Source: an uncultured bacterium
Lineage (GTDB): Bacteria; Omnitrophota; Omnitrophia; Omnitrophales; JACQLI01
DNA: 63,698 nucleotides
Reading direction: 5' to 3'
Assembly: GCA_964372875.1 (NCBI GenBank)
Contig: CAYJTB010000006.1
Span: 1 to 63,698 of the forward strand
The notes beneath the pieces were generated by a model. The model did no database searches and was not told where the DNA came from. It saw nothing but the letters and a program-made list of their open reading frames with translations. How positions within the stretch are numbered: the stretch's first letter is position 1; each line of letters opens with the position of its first letter. Positions 62,162-63,698 of the stretch are shown in pieces. Position numbers and translations under genes: made by a program.

Positions 62162-63609
62162 TATTCGGGTTTCTCCTTGGGTTCGGGAGCCTCAGGCCGC
62201 AGCTGCGGGAAAAGAATCACCTCTCTTATGGAAGGACGGTTTGTGAGGACCATGACAAGCCGGTCGATTCCGATCCCGAGCCCGCCCGCGGGCGGCATAG
62301 CATATTCTAAGGCCATCAAGAAATCTTCGTCTAATTTTTTATTTCCGATCACTTCTACCTGCTTTTCCAATTTTTGACGCTGGATGAGCGGATCATTTAA
62401 TTCGGAGAAGGCATTGGCGATTTCCATTTTTCCGATATAAAGTTCAAACCGGTACGCCAAATCGGCGTCTTCCTGCGGTTTGGCAAGGGGCGTCAGGATG
62501 GCCGGATAATCAATCACAAATGTAGGGTCCCAAAGGTCTGCTTCAATCACGATTTCAAAAACGGAGTCGAGGACATCGATATCTTCATCCTCGGGTGCGA
62601 AATTAATTTTAAGACGCTTTGCCTCTTTTTTGATATCCGCCTTCCGCCAATCCACGCCCGTTTTTTCTTGAAGCGCGGGATAAAAAGAAATCCGCTTCCA
62701 CGGCCTTTTGAAAGACAAGAGCTTTTCGCCGTAAATAATCTCATCCTTGCCGTGGAGTTTTTGGACAAGGTCGGTGATTAAGTCTTCCGTAATCGCCATC
62801 ATATCTGTGTAATCGGCATAAGCTTGATAAAGTTCAAGCATGGTAAATTCGGGGTTGTGACGAACGGAGAGCCCCTCATTTCTAAAATTACGGTTGATTT
62901 CATAGACTTTTTCCATTCCGCCCACAAGTAGCCGTTTTAAATAAAGCTCGGGAGCGACACGCAGATAGAGGTCCGTATCAAGTGCCTCGTGATGCGTCAC
63001 AAAAGGACGCGCCCTCGCCCCTCCCGGAATGGCCTGCATCATCGGCGTTTCTACTTCTAGAAAACCCCGGTCCTCTAAAAAACGGCGGATGTCTCGTAGG
63101 ATTTCACTTCGCATCTGAAAAGTTTTTCTCACTTCGTCGTTGACAATCAAATCTACGTAACGGTGCCGGTAGCGGATTTCGACGTCCTTCAGACCATGCC
63201 ACTTTTCCGGAAGCACCCTTAGAATTTTTGAAAGATAAGAAAATTTCTCAACCTTGACCGTGCGCTCCCCCATTTTGGAAACAAAAAGTTTTCCCTCCAC
63301 GCCGATGATGTCGCCCAGATCAAGCTTGGAGAAATGCCCATAATTTTCCGCACCTAAGAGGTCCTCTTTGGTATAGAGCTGGATCTTGGCTTTCTCGTCT
63401 TTTAAATCACAGAAGGTGCTTTTACCGTGGCTTCTTCGGGCCATCACTCGGCCCGCGATCCGGACATGTTTACCCTCTTCAAAATGACCCAAAATTTCCG
63501 TTAGGGATTCAATAGGAAGGAACCTTCCCCCATAAGGAGAGAGGCCCGCTTTGAGATAGGCTTCGCGTTTGGCTTTACGTTCGCTGATAAGTTCAGAGTC
63601 TGGTTGCAT
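62161..63609 (-). CDS. lysS: Lysine--tRNA ligase (class II)
   Basis: OB-fold N-domain plus class II motifs (FLEVETPMM..., GIGIDRLVM), 482 aa. Confidence 0.95.
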   Translation of the reverse strand: MQPDSELISERKAKREAYLKAGLSPYGGRFLPIESLTEILGHFEEGKHVRIAGRVMARRSHGKSTFCDLKDEKAKIQLYTKEDLLGAENYGHFSKLDLGDIIGVEGKLFVSKMGERTVKVEKFSYLSKILRVLPEKWHGLKDVEIRYRHRYVDLIVNDEVRKTFQMRSEILRDIRRFLEDRGFLEVETPMMQAIPGGARARPFVTHHEALDTDLYLRVAPELYLKRLLVGGMEKVYEINRNFRNEGLSVRHNPEFTMLELYQAYADYTDMMAITEDLITDLVQKLHGKDEIIYGEKLLSFKRPWKRISFYPALQEKTGVDWRKADIKKEAKRLKINFAPEDEDIDVLDSVFEIVIEADLWDPTFVIDYPAILTPLAKPQEDADLAYRFELYIGKMEIANAFSELNDPLIQRQKLEKQVEVIGNKKLDEDFLMALEYAMPPAGGLGIGIDRLVMVLTNRPSIREVILFPQLRPEAPEPKEKPE

Positions 63610-63698
63610 TTAGATAGAGATTGAGGTGCTGTCTCTAGGCGATTATAGGGTAGGCCTGTAAGGCTGTCAAAATTTGTTTGAAGGCTTAGCCAATACGG

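Overview
This is a core-chromosome window from a bacterium, about 50% GC by eye and more than 90% coding. 59 of 60 CDS, both tRNAs and the RNase P RNA lie on the minus strand.

Content in coordinate order:
- tRNA-Cys and a glycine-zipper lipoprotein.
- Split coaB/coaC, rpoZ, gmk, yicC.
- A complete Bacillus-style pyrimidine operon (pyrR-pyrB-pyrC-carA-carB-pyrK-pyrD-pyrF) behind a PyrR-type attenuator.
- rnpB, a porin-like beta-barrel protein and tRNA-CAT.
- A stand-alone receiver domain, then rpoD, dnaG, cvpA, mtaB, rsmE, csp and HU/IHF.
- A small 3-gene islet that holds the only plus-strand gene.
- dnaE, then guaA with a CBS-less GuaB3-like IMPDH.
- A CIRCE-controlled groEL-groES-groEL operon.
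- A 24-gene, 24.6-kb array with no gap over 57 nt. On the minus strand it runs mcsA-mcsB-clpC, TamB-like ORF, mlaEFD, yacL-like, ispDF, gltX, cysS, tmk, holB, metG, tatD, CPBP, M50, mtnA, thiL, tsaE, tsaB, alr, birA, coaX.
- ilvE, lolD, lolC/E and lysS.

Gene order is strikingly Firmicute-like, yet diderm envelope genes are present (porin, Lol, Mla, TamB/AsmA-like). I saw no mobile elements, CRISPR, defence genes, rRNA or stop-codon recoding.

Honest assessment: this is an ordinary housekeeping region and I cannot point to a clear-cut novel system. The best follow-up candidates are:
1. The clpC-coupled TamB-like + mlaEFD cassette.
2. The groEL-groES-groEL operon.
3. The GuaB3-type IMPDH coupled to guaA.
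4. The leaderless-looking promoters, including a divergent pair with only 20 nt between start codons.
5. A sharp AT-rich patch inside coaX.

All product calls come from motif recognition by eye; no database search was run. CDS starts are longest-ORF starts unless stated otherwise.
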